Assembly: GCA_964016885.1 (NCBI GenBank)
Contig: OZ024748.1
Coordinates: forward strand, 25,110,001 to 25,174,000
Direction of reading: 5' to 3'
Length of the DNA stretch: 64,000 nucleotides
From: Eledone cirrhosa
Taxonomy: Eukaryota
Under the pieces are notes generated by a model that searched no databases, was not told where the DNA came from, and worked only from the letters and a program-made list of their open reading frames with translations. Below are positions 26,768 to 40,300 of the stretch, piece by piece. How positions within the stretch are numbered: the stretch's first letter is position 1; each line of letters opens with the position of its first letter. The position numbers and the translations under genes were made by a program.

Positions 26768-27207
26768 GATCTCTACTTTAGGCATAATGTTAGTAAATTT
26801 GTTTCTTTTTTTTTGGGGGGGGGGGGGCAAATCGACTAAATCGATTCCCAGTACATGACTGGTACTATATTTTATCGATCCCGGAAGGATGTAAGCCAAA
26901 GTTGACTTCGGCGGGATTTGAATTCATGACATAAAGAGCTGAAATAAATATTGCTACGTATTTAGCAGATTCTCTGAAGACTCTGCCAAACCATCGCCAA
27001 GACTAATGGTTTCTAAGACCAATAACTTATTTGAGGGAGGCGATTAAATCAACCCCATTATATGACTAGTATTTTATTTTGTCGATCATGAGAAGGATGA
27101 AAGGTAAAGTTGACCTCGGCAGAATTTGAACTCAGAACGTAAATAGCCAGAACAAATACTACTAAACGTTTGGCCGACGATCTAGCGACTCTGCAGATCC
27201 ACTGCCT
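26768..27207 (-). mobile_element. Two tandem SINE family 1 copies
   Basis: Two successive aaagttgac(t/c)tcggc...atttgaa motifs. Confidence 0.75.
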
Positions 27208-27316
27208 TAAGCTATAGTAACATAAATGGAGGATATGAAATAAATTAAGAAGAGGTAACCAAGATAACCTTCATGACCAAAGGTTAATCCATGCTTTGTA
27301 ATCGTTTCTGATGTAA

Positions 27317-27575
27317 TGTATAAGGTTAGATATCGGGGAAGTGATCAGTTGGTTTAACGTATGTATAAGGTTAGATATTGGTGAAAGTCATCAGTTGGTT
27401 TAACGTATGTATAAGGTTAGATATTGGTGAAAGTGATCAGTTGGTTTAACGTATGTATAAGGTTAGATGTTGGGAGAAGTGATCAGTTGGTTTAACGTAT
27501 GTATAAGGTTAGATGTTGGGAGAAGTGATCAGTTGGTTTAACGTATGTATAAGGTTAGATGTTGGGAGAAGTGAA
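27317..27575. repeat. 46-bp minisatellite, ~5.5 copies
   Basis: Unit gtataaggttagatgttgggagaagtgatcagttggtttaacgtat. Confidence 0.9.
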
Positions 27576-27629
27576 CAGTTGATTATTGGACTGGTACTTT
27601 ATTGTAGTGACATTGAAAGGATGAAAGGT

Positions 27630-27865
27630 GGAGGGTTTTCGGTTTATGATCTTAAAGTCTTGAGTTCGATTCCAGGCGGCACGTTTTGTCCTTGAGCAAA
27701 CACTTTATTTCATGTTGCTCTAGTTAACAGAGCTACTAAAAACTACATTGAACCCTTGACTCAAACTGAACTGTTCAGATTCTTGCGCTTAAACTTTACA
27801 AGCAGGCTGTTCTGTCGTTGATCGAACAACTGGAACACTCGTTGTCGAAACCGACGGAGGTCCAA
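27630..27865 (+). mobile_element. tRNA-derived SINE family 2 (CORE-like)
   Basis: B-box gagttcgattcc, tgtccttgagcaaacactttatttcatgttgctc, tail ggaacactcgttgtcgaaaccgacggag. Confidence 0.65.
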
Positions 27866-28144
27866 CACTTTAAACACTATTAATAGATAAGTTTTAGAGT
27901 GTTGTCAACATATGTTTGTAATGAATGGTTTCAATGATAGAAACACTAAGCTACTATATCACTGGCCAAACATAGAAAACATAGTAGGCATCGCTAACCA
28001 ACAACAATATGTCTTTATTTGATTCCAGCATTCAATAGTTTTTTGTACACAAGTTTCTTAACTTTGAAACAGTAGAGCGGTAAGCTATAAGCTGTTAAAG
28101 TGTGTAGCATGTGGTGCGGTAAATAAATATATATATATATATAT

Positions 28145-28415
28145 ACACCAGGTCCGAACAAAAAGGAACCAAGCTACCACTGTCACTGTCTCTGTCTCTC
28201 CCGCTCTCCCCATCTCTGGTCCATGCGCTGGCCTCCCCGCGGCCCCGTGGATAGAGTAGAGAAGGCGTTTTTCCGGAGTATGGTGAAGGAGACACGCTAG
28301 AAGAGCCATTCCAGCTCATGCGGTTCACACCTGCGGGTGGCCAACTCTGTGTCGATGTTGGTGAGTAGGGAGGTGACACTAAGGCCAAGGAAACCAGAAG
28401 ACTCCGCTCGAACAA
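28145..28415 (-). mobile_element. CRE-like LINE 3' fragment (RLE C-terminus) ending in (TA)n
   Basis: GC-rich island translating ESSGFLGLSVTSLLTNIDTELATRRCEPHELEWLF*RVSFTILRKNAFSTL, resembling the E.LG.....L..L......G.PRE..FLFQRLS....RGNA tail of CRE elements. Confidence 0.55.
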
Positions 28416-28418
28416 CCT

Positions 28419-28525
28419 GAACTACTTCGTGTTTAAACTTTGTTCTGTAAATCAACGACTGAACTCCTTCATGTTTAAATCTAGTTCTGTGAATCAACAC
28501 TTGAACTACTTCATGTTTAAACTTT
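28419..28525. repeat. 42-bp tandem repeat, ~2.5 copies
   Basis: gaactacttcatgtttaaa... repeated. Confidence 0.75.
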
Positions 28526-28604
28526 TTCAAATACATTTGGTAGCAGTTTATATCTGTTTTTAGTATAAAAAATAAAAAATAAAAAATTCAAAAAAGTGTC
28601 TTAC

Positions 28605-29132
28605 CTTTTCTCCTTTCATATTTGCAACACACTGAGGTCCAGTGGTGGCTGCAAAAGTTCGCATGCCGAGTCGCCTCCAAAACATATCACATTCTCTGTT
28701 GGAAAACAGTTCTACATTGGTCATGTTGTGTAACTGAATTCTCGCTGGGCGAGAGTTCCTAATGTCACCTATACCTTCCAATTTGTAGACTTCCATCCGG
28801 ATAGAATTTTGAACTGGATCGAGGACGAAGCTGTATATCTTTTGCTGAACTGGCTTGAGTGATTTGTCCATAAAATGTTCCACATAAAAGTTTGTTGTGT
28901 CATCTTCCAAAGATGGCAGCTGAATTGATGTATAGCGTGAGCGAAAGAAAATATGTCGTTCATTTGAAGGCACAGCATTGGACAAGTAAGCGTCATTGTG
29001 GTATTGTTTTAGATTGCTATACTCTCCGGGAAGTATTCGAGCCAAGATTCGCAAATCTCGCCTCATAGACGCTAGCGTCACCTGTGCAATGAGGATGAGA
29101 ATGAAGCATATTATCAGTTTGAACTCAGCCAT
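28605..29132 (-). CDS. First coding exon (176 aa) of secreted CpcT/CpeT-like protein
   Basis: ATG at 29132; signal peptide MAEFKLIICFILILIAQVTLA; motifs LPGEYSN.KQ, HI, FYVEH, KP.QQKIYSF, ECDMFW, GPQC resemble CpcT/CpeT (LAGEFSN.EQ, HI, FYVEQ, PYR.R, GCD..F, G..C); donor AAG|GTAAGA at 28605/28604. Confidence 0.85.
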
Positions 29133-29435
29133 AGATATGTGTTTTTGGTAAGGCAGGCTGACATCCAAAACTAATTTCAATCAAATTAAATATGCATATT
29201 TTAAGCATTCAATCAAAATTCCTTTTGTAATCATTCCTCATCGAAGCAATTATTCAATATATCGGTTGTTTTGACACTTGGTGTTGTCATAATGGCCATG
29301 ACAGAATTATATCAATAATAAATATGGCTGCCCGTTCTTCGAAGAAGGTTTCATAATATCCATTGAAACATCTTTAAAAGCGATATATTTGGTTGCTCTC
29401 CATGTCCTCTTGTATTGATTATATTTCCTTCACAC

Positions 29436-29540
29436 CTAAAAAATAAAACATAACATTCACTAAACGTTGTTAATGATTTGTTTGTTTCACAGTAAAATCA
29501 ACTGCTACAAAGCGCAATATTTATTCGTAATAAAACTTAC
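29436..29540 (-). other. Putative 105-nt 5'UTR intron of the CpcT-like gene
   Basis: Donor G|GTAAGT at 29541/29540 and acceptor gttttatttttttag|G at 29436/29435. Confidence 0.5.
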
Positions 29541-29823
29541 CACTTTAGTATCTGGCAAAATTATAACTCAAATAAAACATTTTCATATGCAGAATTATAT
29601 TTATATGTGAAGAAAATCATATCAAACGATTGCACATGGATATCACGCTAACATTAATTTATCGTAGACAATCAGGCTCAAAAACTTTAACATCATACGC
29701 CCTAAAATTTGACAGAAAGTCAAATTACTCCCAGTTTTGCGGAAAACTGAAATTATAAGGCGAAATATCTTTGAATCAATTTTTTCCGTATGCACATCCA
29801 TTTAAACACATAAACGCATATGC

Positions 29824-29932
<109 letters not shown>

Positions 29933-30972
29933 AACATAGATATCTTCTATAAAGAAAATTAACTATTATATAACCATTAAGTAACCACTTAAGTAAACTA
30001 GCTCGTGATATGATAACAACTTTGCCAAAACAAATTATTTATCATAACAACACAGGCAGGAACGTAAACTTTTTCTTTGGCGGGAAACCAAGAATAAAAA
30101 ACAGACGTTCACAATTATTTTTGTTACCCTGAAACGAAGTTGAGTTGATAGACATTGCAACTGGAGTTCAATTGTATACAATAACGTCGGTGAACAGTTA
30201 ACTAACCTGTTCGTGAAAATAATGTGTAAGTTTGAACCTTCCACAGAGATTCAGTGTGTGATAAGGTTTGGCCTTTCAATTATAAGTACAACACATTTTT
30301 GCTAGCTGAGTAGATAGGAGCAACATGAAATAAAGTGTTTTACTGAAAGACATTGCGTTGTTGGGAACTGACGGCCTTATAATTTTTTTTACAAAAAATG
30401 TATAATAAGGAAATGAAGAATAGAAGAAAATAAAAAAAATAAAATGAAAGAAGAAATTAAATAGCGAAAGGAGGAATGAGCAACAGAATCTACACTCCAG
30501 TCTGAGCGGCATCTCTTAACTGCGTCCCATGGACGGACAAAATGCCTTATAACTGTGAGCCAATTACTATAACCACTAAAGTACTTACCTTCACATGTGG
30601 TACACATATCCTGACAGTAAGGCAAGGGCGTTAGACTGTAATATATTACCTAGGTGAAGTTTAAATTGTAATTAAATCACGAATTCCTCCTATGTATACA
30701 ACCTGCCTACTATAATTATCGTGTAAATATTCAAATGGAATTTTCAAATGAATATTAATCCTTTCCATGTGTTGGAATGGACCTCCATCGATTTCGACGA
30801 CGAGTGCTCAAATGCAAATTAAACTTTTCCAAGTGGTACCGTAAAGAAAACGAGTTTCTTGCCTATCTTTAATCCACACACAATACACATACAAATCTAC
30901 TATGTCTACACGCGCGTGTGTGTATGTGTATTAATGTGGCGTGTGTATATATATATATGAGTATATTTGTAA

Positions 30973-31095
30973 AGGCGTGTGGCTGAGTGGTAAGAGAATT
31001 GGATTCGCAATCGTGTGGTTGTGAGTTCGATTCTTGGACCGGGTGATGCGTTATGTCCTTGAGCAAGACACTTTATTTCACGTTGCTCCTTCTAC
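30973..31095 (+). mobile_element. SINE family 2 head
   Basis: A-box gtggctgagtggtaa, B-box gagttcgattc, tgtccttgagcaagacactttatttcac. Confidence 0.75.
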
Positions 31096-31454
31096 CTGGA
31101 GTTGCGACCGATAGATAGTACTAGCAATTGCAAAGACCACGGAAACATTGTTTCCTCGGTCCGATTTGACGAAAGTCGATAGACTGTCAATATAGGTGAG
31201 TATGTGTGTGTATGCGTGTGTATGTATGTATGTGACGAGTATATATGTGAGTATGTGTGTGTATGCGTGTGTCAGTTTACATGCATGGTCCTGTACCTCT
31301 TGAGGGAGTCTTCGAGGCGCTATATTGAGATACGGTGTTTCTAGGGCATCTTTAAACCTGGCGGATCCCGGGCCTCAATACAGCAGAGTTTTGTTCCAGA
31401 GAAGGATAGAGAGGGTGAGAGAATGGAGGTGAGAAAGAGATATAGAAGAAGGAT

Positions 31455-31610
31455 TAACCCCAGTACTAGACTGGTACTTTTTTTATCGACCTCGAATGGA
31501 TGAAAGGTAAAGTACACCTCGGCGCGATTTGAACTCAGAGAGCAGAGAGTCAAACGAACGCCACAAAGCATTCTAGCTGACGTTCTAACGACACTGCCAA
31601 AATGGCGCCT
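31455..31610 (-). mobile_element. SINE family 1
   Basis: ttatcgacctcgaatggatgaaaggtaaagtacacctcggcgcgatttgaactcag. Confidence 0.75.
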
Positions 31611-32167
31611 CCTTGTGTCAGTCTACCAAATATCTATGTAACCAGACCAAACCAATGTAAATGACATCGTGAAAACAAGTCATACGCGACAAAGGTGTTA
31701 AGATCATCTTCCTTGCTGATAAAGCTTTGAGGCCCTGGCAACCTTCATGCCCATCACGGCAATGTTTTGCAACCGGATGCCCTTCCTGGCTCCAACTGTA
31801 CAACACCCATAAGGAAAATCGGGTAGAAATCGAACCAGCCTTATTTGATTAACCTCCAAGTATGTTATTATACACTTAGAAGCCATCGTTACGTACAAAG
31901 TATTCAATATCATTCTATTTTCTTCCTACAAGCAGTCGATAGCATCCAACTCAGTTGGTTTCCATTCTTATATAATGTGTGCTTGGCAGGGCGGGGGAGG
32001 GGCACGTCTTTGGAAATATCCTCTTGATTAATAGAGGCGTTAGAGAAAGTGAGAGAGAGGGGGAGAGAGTGAATGAGAGAGGAGTGGTGTGAGAGGGAGG
32101 GGTTGAGAAAGAGGGAGTGAGAGAGATGGGAAAAGAAAGACAGTGAGTGATTAGCGTATAGTTAAAA

Positions 32168-32347
32168 TAATTGTTTCTACTTTAGGCACAAGGCCACCAA
32201 TTATCCAGTGCATTACTGGTACTTTATTTTATCGACCCCGTAAGGATGAAAGGCAAAGTCAACCTCGGCGGGATTTGAACTCAGTAAAGGGACGTAACTA
32301 TGCTGGAAAGCATGGCGTCCGACCCTCTACCGATACTGCCAATCCAA
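32168..32347 (-). mobile_element. SINE family 1 (young)
   Basis: Highly similar to 12845-13034. Confidence 0.85.
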
Positions 32348-32583
32348 AAATAATGGACCTGTGGTATTTTAATGGGATTTCCAAAGTACTCATTACTGCG
32401 GGTGAGAAGCCACCATTTATTCCATTGAAGTTCTCCGAAGTAAAAATGCCCTTACTCTCAGACATTCCAACGGAAACAATACAATATCAGATTGCCATAA
32501 AACACTACTAGTGACGGAAATAAAACTATAGTCTAATAAATTTACTGAACCAACTGAGAACTAAACTTTAATGACACAATAAT

Positions 32584-32810
32584 GGTTTCTGGTTTAGGCA
32601 CAAGGCCAACAATTTATTTTTGCGGGGGGGGGGGGGGGGTCGATTAAATTGACTCCAGTGTGCTGCTAGTACTTTAATATTATTGACCCAGTAAGGATGA
32701 AAATCAAAGCTAACCTCGGTGGGATTTTAACTCAGAATCTAAAGGGTCATAACTATATGTCGCAAAGCATTTTGCCCGACGCTCTACCGATACTCTCAAT
32801 AAACTGCCCT
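32584..32810 (-). mobile_element. SINE family 1
   Basis: aaggatgaaaatcaaagctaacctcggtgggattttaactcagaa. Confidence 0.75.
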
Positions 32811-33499
32811 TTATGGATAATATAATAGAGACATTTATTTTCATGCTTGGGGAAATTTTATTTATATGTTTGGGAGTAAATTTGATAGTGTTTTTGTTTT
32901 CGTGTTTTTTTCTTTTTGCAGTCAAGAGATAACTGTGGATATCTTTTGGTCTTATTGAACCTCGTCAGCATAATATAGTCTACTCAAGCTCGCTTTTACC
33001 AGTAGACAAGTCTTTACTTGTAGGAAAACAGAGACGATTAACATTTGATTAGTATAATTTGTATAATTAAAATGAGCTAATTGAAATAACTCAAGTGATG
33101 ATATAAATTTAGAATCATTATCGAAATTACCCTTCCCCTTTTTTCTTTAAGAATTGTTAACAAGGACCATTAGGGTTTTGCTTTCTTTCACCAACTAAAA
33201 GGTAAATTTCAATTAATCAAAAATGTTCTGCGAGTATCATTTAATACATCACTCTTTAGCTCGTTTATCTAAAACCATGTAATTGGTCGTCTTTAGATAT
33301 TTCCTTCGTTTGATTTTAATTTTTTAAATGTGCAAGTTTTACTGGCTAAAGTCTTGAATGTCCCGAATTTAAATAGCACCATTTTATCCACACAAATCCT
33401 CCACTGTGATGCACAGTATCACCAATCGTGTACCACATTCGACCTTATATTTACATACTCAGACGTCCTTATCAGTCAGTAGTGCTAGTATGTATACCA

Positions 33500-33573
33500 A
33501 TCTCCTCCTCCTCCTTATTCTTCTTCTTCTTCTTCTTCTTCTTCTTATTCGTCGTCTTCTTCTTCTTCTTCTT

Positions 33574-33604
<31 letters not shown>

Positions 33605-33673
33605 TTCGTCGTCTTCTTCTTCTTCTTCTTCTTCTTCTTCTTCTTCTTCTTCTTCTTCTTCTTCTTCTTCTTC
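33500..33673. repeat. (CTT)n microsatellite
   Basis: Directly visible. Confidence 0.95.
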
Positions 33674-33732
33674 GTCACAAGTTAGATTCAGTGACATGTA
33701 CTTTGATAATATCTAACATCATTACTGAGAAT

Positions 33733-33930
33733 GTTGGATTGGCAGAATTGGTAGAACGTTGGACAAAACGTCATTGTGGTATTTGTTCTGAATTCAAATC
33801 CCACCAAAGTCAACTTTGCCTTTCATCCTTCCGGCGTCGATAAAATATAGTACCAGTCAAGTTTTGGGGACTGATATAATCAACTTTACCCTTCCCCCCA
33901 AATTGTCTACCCTAGTGCCTAAATTAGAAT
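33733..33930 (+). mobile_element. SINE family 1
   Basis: tggattggcagaattggtagaacg...caactttgcctttcatccttccggcgtcgataaaa. Confidence 0.75.
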
Positions 33931-34334
33931 TCAATATTTTACATTACCGTCAAAGAGAAAATATTCAAACAATGAACATTTTCTACATATCGATGGTTTA
34001 ACAAAAGTTTTATATCCAAAGAAATGGAGATATGACAGGGGTAGAATATGTTAGATTACATTGATTTATTGTACAGCATTGTTCTCATTACTCAGTAATT
34101 GTAATAATATACAGGGAATTTATTCTTCTTCTTCTTCTTCTTCTTCTCAACCCAGTTTTAATGTTCCAGATAACGATGTGTACTACTATGTGGTCTACGG
34201 AGTTCAGCTCATCACAACACTTCTCGTGTTTGTTGTCAGATGGACTAAAACTGATGACATCTCAAACATTAAGCCATAGCCAAATAAACTTTTCTTGAAA
34301 ACATAGCTACCATATTTCGAGGCATTAATAAGTC

Positions 34335-34828
34335 TTTCTGATTTAGGCATAAGACCAGCAGGAATGTGGAGTAGGGGGGAAATTCATTATATACCTCAGT
34401 ACTTGACTGTTACTTTATTATATCGACTCCGAAAGGATGAAAAGCATAGTTGACCATACAGATACTACTAAACATTTGTTTAACGCCCTGACGACAATCC
34501 ACCGCCTATTTTGAAGCATTAATAATAATTTCTAATTTAGGCACAAGGCCAGGAATGTGGTGTAGGGGCAAAGTTGATTAAACCAACTCTCAGTATGTTA
34601 CTGGTATTTTAATTTATCTAACCTCGGCGGAATTTTAGACGCTCTAACGAATCTGCCAATCCATCGCCGTTGGTTTTCAGGCATTACAGCATAGTTACGT
34701 CCCTTTACGATCTGAGTTCAAATCCCGCCGAGGTTGACTTTGCCTTTCATCCTTACGGGGTCGATAAAAGAAAGTACCAGTAATGCACTGGGTAATTGCT
34801 GGCCTTGTGCCTAACGTAGAAACAATTA
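34335..34828. mobile_element. Cluster of three SINE family 1 pieces (two minus, one plus)
   Basis: Minus pieces at ~34335-34510 and 34525-34670; young plus copy at 34680-34828. Confidence 0.7.
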
Positions 34829-35207
34829 ATAATAAAACAGACATTGATATAAAGATGTAAAACTAATAGTATAAATATATAAATACTAACAAAACAAGAC
34901 TTCAAGAAAGCTCCAACTTAGTCGACCGACTTTCTGGAAATAGTAGTAAAATCTCCCTCAAATCACATACCACTTATTTACAAAATGAGACACCAAGAGA
35001 GCTCTTACTTAGTCGCCGGACCTGCTGGAAATAGTAGTAAAATCTCCTTCAAATCACATTCAACCCATTTACAAAATACAAGGCGCCGTAGAAAATGTTG
35101 TCCTAGTTACACTTAAGTCTAAAACAATGGAATGGTCTGCCCTATCAGAGATGACCTAGAACTAAACAACTACAATAACAAAAAACACTGTGTACTATAT
35201 ATACTAC

Positions 35208-36016
<809 letters not shown>

Positions 36017-36280
36017 CACGTAAACCACCGATGTGAGACAGGTTTCACATCCACCATCCGTTCTGGCAAGCGATAATATCTTAACATCCTTACAGCTACT
36101 CAAAAAATGCAGCAAAACTTTCAAGTGGCTCAGTTAATTTGAATGTTGCTGATAGCTTACTAACAGCTCAAAATCTCCTCTCTACACCAAACTAACTGCA
36201 GAACTATATATATTGTTATACTTTGGGAGGGTCATGTTGCCAATAAGAAACACACGCACCAGTTGCTTTCACTTCAATTT

Positions 36281-36622
36281 ATTAACTGTAAAACTAGAAA
36301 TGTAGTGTATAGCATAAGATGTACTGAAGGACAATGTAGAGACAAAAATATAGTGTACATAGGTGAGACAGCTCGTAGTGTAGGGGAACGGATAAATGAA
36401 CACTGGCGAGACCTTCAAGATAGTAAAGAATCATCTGTACTCTACCAACATGCTAAAATAGAACACAAGGGTAAATTAGAGAACATAGAAATAAAAATAG
36501 AATCTACACAAAGAAAAGACGCAATGTTTAGACAAATTACAGCGGCAATAAACATAAAAGAATTACAACCAAAATTAAATAGAAAATATGAGTGGAACAG
36601 CAACATCACAACTTACAATTAA
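36281..36622 (+). pseudogene. Penelope GIY-YIG endonuclease C-terminal fragment
   Basis: INCKTRNVVYSIRC....C...VYIGETARSVGERINEH...S.LYQH...H...P.LN. Confidence 0.85.
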
Positions 36623-36823
36623 GGACAAAATGAAAACACACACACACATAGAACAAACAACCAACCAGTAACATGTAAATAAACAAATAAATAAATGAAC
36701 ATAAACACACACAGACACCCGGATGTGGCGCATGCGCAGAGTGAGCACACAACACACACACAGAAACAAAATGGCGTAGGACAGAACAAAGGAGAGGCAC
36801 AGAAACAAAGAAAGGAATCCCCA

Positions 36824-36866
36824 GTCACTGAAGAGGTCACAGAGTGTGTGACGAAAGAACTATGAC
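36824..36866 (+). ncRNA. Minimal hammerhead ribozyme of the Penelope pLTR
   Basis: GTCA-CTGAAGA-G-GTCAC.agagtgt.GTGAC-GAAA-gaac-TA-TGAC. Confidence 0.7.
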
Positions 36867-37649
36867 AATATATAAACAACTATCTGGTTGTGGAACCAAC
36901 CAACCAACCAGAAATTTATAAATTTATAAATTTATTATAAATTTATTATAATAAATTGAAGTGAAAGCACTGGTGCGTGTGTTTCTTATTGGCAACATGA
37001 CCCTCCCAAAGTATAACAATATCGGTTTCAACACACGATTTCAGATAAAGAATCTTGCTAAACAAATTCAGAAACGAAACTATATATATATCTATATATA
37101 AATTTCTATCATTCTGTCGCAACATATAAAGAGAGAGCAGTAGTTTGATTACCTCATACTACTCCTCTCTCTCTTTACGTCTGCTGCCGTCGTGAATGTA
37201 TGTGGTGTGTGTAAAAGGAAGGAAGGGACTGGTGAAAAATAAATAGCAAAATAGCGGCTGGCGTTCCATTTGTTATGCTGTGTATGTGTGTATATATTTG
37301 TTTTGAATGTATGTGTGTGTTGGTGTGAATGTATGTGTGTATTTGTGTGAATATATGTCTCTCTCTGAGTGTGTATTTTTGTGAGCGTGTCTGTGTTTGC
37401 ACGTTTATATTTATATACTCATACATATAATGTATGCTTATATATTTATATACTCATACATATAATGTATGCATATACACATTCACATACACGCGTCTGC
37501 GTCTTGAAAAAAATCCTAGTATGTTTAAACATGTCTTCTTCTCAGTCATATGGCTATTAATTTTATTTTATTTTTTTCATTTCTATTTATAGCCTATATA
37601 TAAAATAAATATGTTGACATTCAATAGTTAAACAAACCCTACTTCATGA

Positions 37650-37688
<39 letters not shown>

Positions 37689-37715
37689 TATCATATTTTA
37701 GTCTTCACATTTATT

Positions 37716-37747
<32 letters not shown>

Positions 37748-37782
37748 TATATATATCATATTTTATTCTTCACATTTATTAT

Positions 37783-37831
<49 letters not shown>

Positions 37832-37929
37832 CATATATATGTATATACAGGGTGCACCCCCCCCCCCCCAAAAAAAACATATTCAATACCATTCTAATAA
37901 ATATGTGTATACATATTTGGGACACTCTG

Positions 37930-37962
<33 letters not shown>

Positions 37963-38064
37963 ATATATAAACATAAGTTAATTAGGTACAGTATTAATGA
38001 GTATTTGTGTATATATATAAAACTGAACCAACTGAATATGGCCTCTGATCTTTTATATAATATA

Positions 38065-38115
<51 letters not shown>

Positions 38116-38444
38116 CACGCACACGTGTATGTTTGTATAAAACAAGTGGAGAAGTGGAAAAACAGAGAAAGAAAGCACTCAGTGCATCTTATAGGTTATA
38201 TTTCTAAGTTAGTCGTCAATAACACCCTCAGACTTATTCGGAGTTTCATAGAAACGCAGAGACATGCCTAATTCTTCAGATGACTACGAAGAGTGACGCA
38301 TTGTCTGCTTTCAGCTCATCAAAAGGTGATCCCTTTATTGGCTCCCGTTAGATATAAGATACGTGATGGAATTCCTGCAGGACTATTACAGAAAGGGTTT
38401 TAAAGTGCAGGGGAAAAACTCTACCAAAACAAAATTATTTTCTT

Positions 38445-40180
38445 CTCTCGGGGCTGGTTGATTGGAAATGATTCTTTGATTCTCTCGGGGCCTGGTTGAT
38501 TGGAATTGATTCTTTGATTCTCTCGGGGCTGGTTGATTGGAATTGATTCTTTGATTCTCTCGGGGCCTGGTTGATTGGAATTGATTCTTTGATTCTCTCG
38601 GGGCCTGGTTGATTGGAATTGATTCTTTGATTCTCTCGGGGCTGGTTGATTGGAATTGATTCTTTGATTCTCTCGGGGCTGGTTGATTGGAATTGATTCT
38701 TTGATTCTCTCGGGGCTGGTTGATTGGAATTGATTCTTTGATTCTCTCGGGGCTGGTTGATTGGAATTGATTCTTTGATTCTCTCGGGGCCTGGTTGATT
38801 GGAATTGATTCTTTGATTCTCTCGGGGCTGGTTGATTGGAATTGATTCTTTGATTCTCTCGGGGCTGGTTGATTGGAATTGATTATTTGATTCTCTCGGG
38901 GCTGGTTGATTGGAATTGATTCTTTGATTCTCTCGGGCCCTGGTTGATTGGAATTGATTCTTTGATTCTCTCGGAGCTGGTTGATTGGAATTGATTCTTT
39001 GATTCTCTCGGGCCTGGTTGATTGGAATTGATTCTTTGATTCTCTCGGGGCTGGTTGATTGGAATTGATTCTTTGATTCTCTCGGGGCTGGTTGATTGGA
39101 ATTGATTCTTTGATTCTCTCGGGGCCTGGTTGATTGGAATTGATTCTTTGATTCTCTCGGGGCTGGTTGATTGGAATTGATTCTTTGATTCTCTCGGGCC
39201 TGGTTGATTGGAATTGATTCTTTGATTCTCTCGCGGATGGTTGATTGGAATTGATTCTTTGATTCTCTCGGGCCTGGTTGATTGGAATTGATTCTTTGAT
39301 TCTCTCGGGGCCTGGTTGATTGGAATTGATTCTTTGATTCTCTCGGGGATGGTTGATTGGAATTGATTCTTTGATTCTCTCGGGCCTGGTTGATTGGAAT
39401 TGATTCTTTGATTCTCTCGGGCCTGGTTGATTGGAATTGATTCTTTGATTCTCTCGGGGCCTGGTTGATTGGAATTGATTCTTTGATTCTCTCGGGCCTG
39501 GTTGATTGGAATTGATTCTTTGATTCTCTCGGGGATGGTTGATTGGAATTGATTCTTTGATTCTCTCGGGCCTGGTTGATTGGAATTGATTCTTTGATTC
39601 TCTCGGGGCCTGGTTGATTGGAATTGATTCTTTGATTCTCTCGGGCCTGGTTGATTGGAATTAATTCATTGATTCTTCTGAGCCTGGTTGATTGGAATTG
39701 ATTCTTAGATTCTCTCGGGGCTGGTTGATTGGAATTGATTCTTTGATTCTCTCGGGCCTGGTTGATTGGAATTGATTCTTTGATTCTCTCGGGGCCTGGT
39801 TGATTGGAATTGATTCTTAGATTCTCTCGGGGCTGGTTGATTGGAATTGATTCTTTGATTCTCTCGGGCCTGGTTGATTGGAATTGATTCTTTGATTCTC
39901 TCGGGCCTGGTTGATTGGAATTGATTCTTTGATTCTCTCGGGGCCTGGTTGATTGGAATTGATTCTTTGATTCTCTCGGGGATGGTTGATTGGAATTGAT
40001 TCTTTGATTCTCTCAGGGCCTGGTTGATTGGAATTGATTCTTTGATTCTCTCGGGGATGGTTGATTGGAATTGATTCTTTGATTCTCTCGGGGATGGTTG
40101 ATTGGAATTGATTCTTTGATTCACTTGGGGATGGTTGATTGGAATTGATTCTTTGATTCTTCCGAGCCTGGTTGATTGAT
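38445..40180. repeat. 37/38-bp minisatellite, ~46 copies
   Basis: Unit ctggttgattggaattgattctttgattctctcgggg(c). Confidence 0.97.
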
Positions 40181-40300
40181 ATTAAGCCAGGACAATGGTT
40201 CTTCTGTGACGACAGATAGAAACCATTTCAGTTTTCTTATTGAGTAATATCGGGGCTTGCATTAAGTTGTGCAACTTTTCAAACACTTCATAAATTGTTT

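Larger units (their letters stand above)
36210..37022 (+). mobile_element. 5'-truncated Penelope-like element with inverted terminal tail
   Basis: GIY-YIG ORF fragment, downstream hammerhead, and a ~75-bp inverted repeat (36210-36284 vs 36949-37022). Confidence 0.85.

Noticed and set aside
28560-29180. 206-aa single-exon version of the gene from the ORF track
   Set aside because: TTG start lies upstream of the true ATG (29132), and the C-terminus reads through the donor at 28604 into intron.
30973-31045. tRNA gene
   Set aside because: A/B boxes belong to a SINE head; no complete cloverleaf, continues into the SINE body.
38225-38285. Minus-strand CTGAAGA...GAAAC...GTC motif
   Set aside because: Stem I and stem II pairing too weak to call.
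38445-40180. CRISPR array
   Set aside because: Head-to-tail repeats without unique spacers, no cas genes, eukaryotic context.
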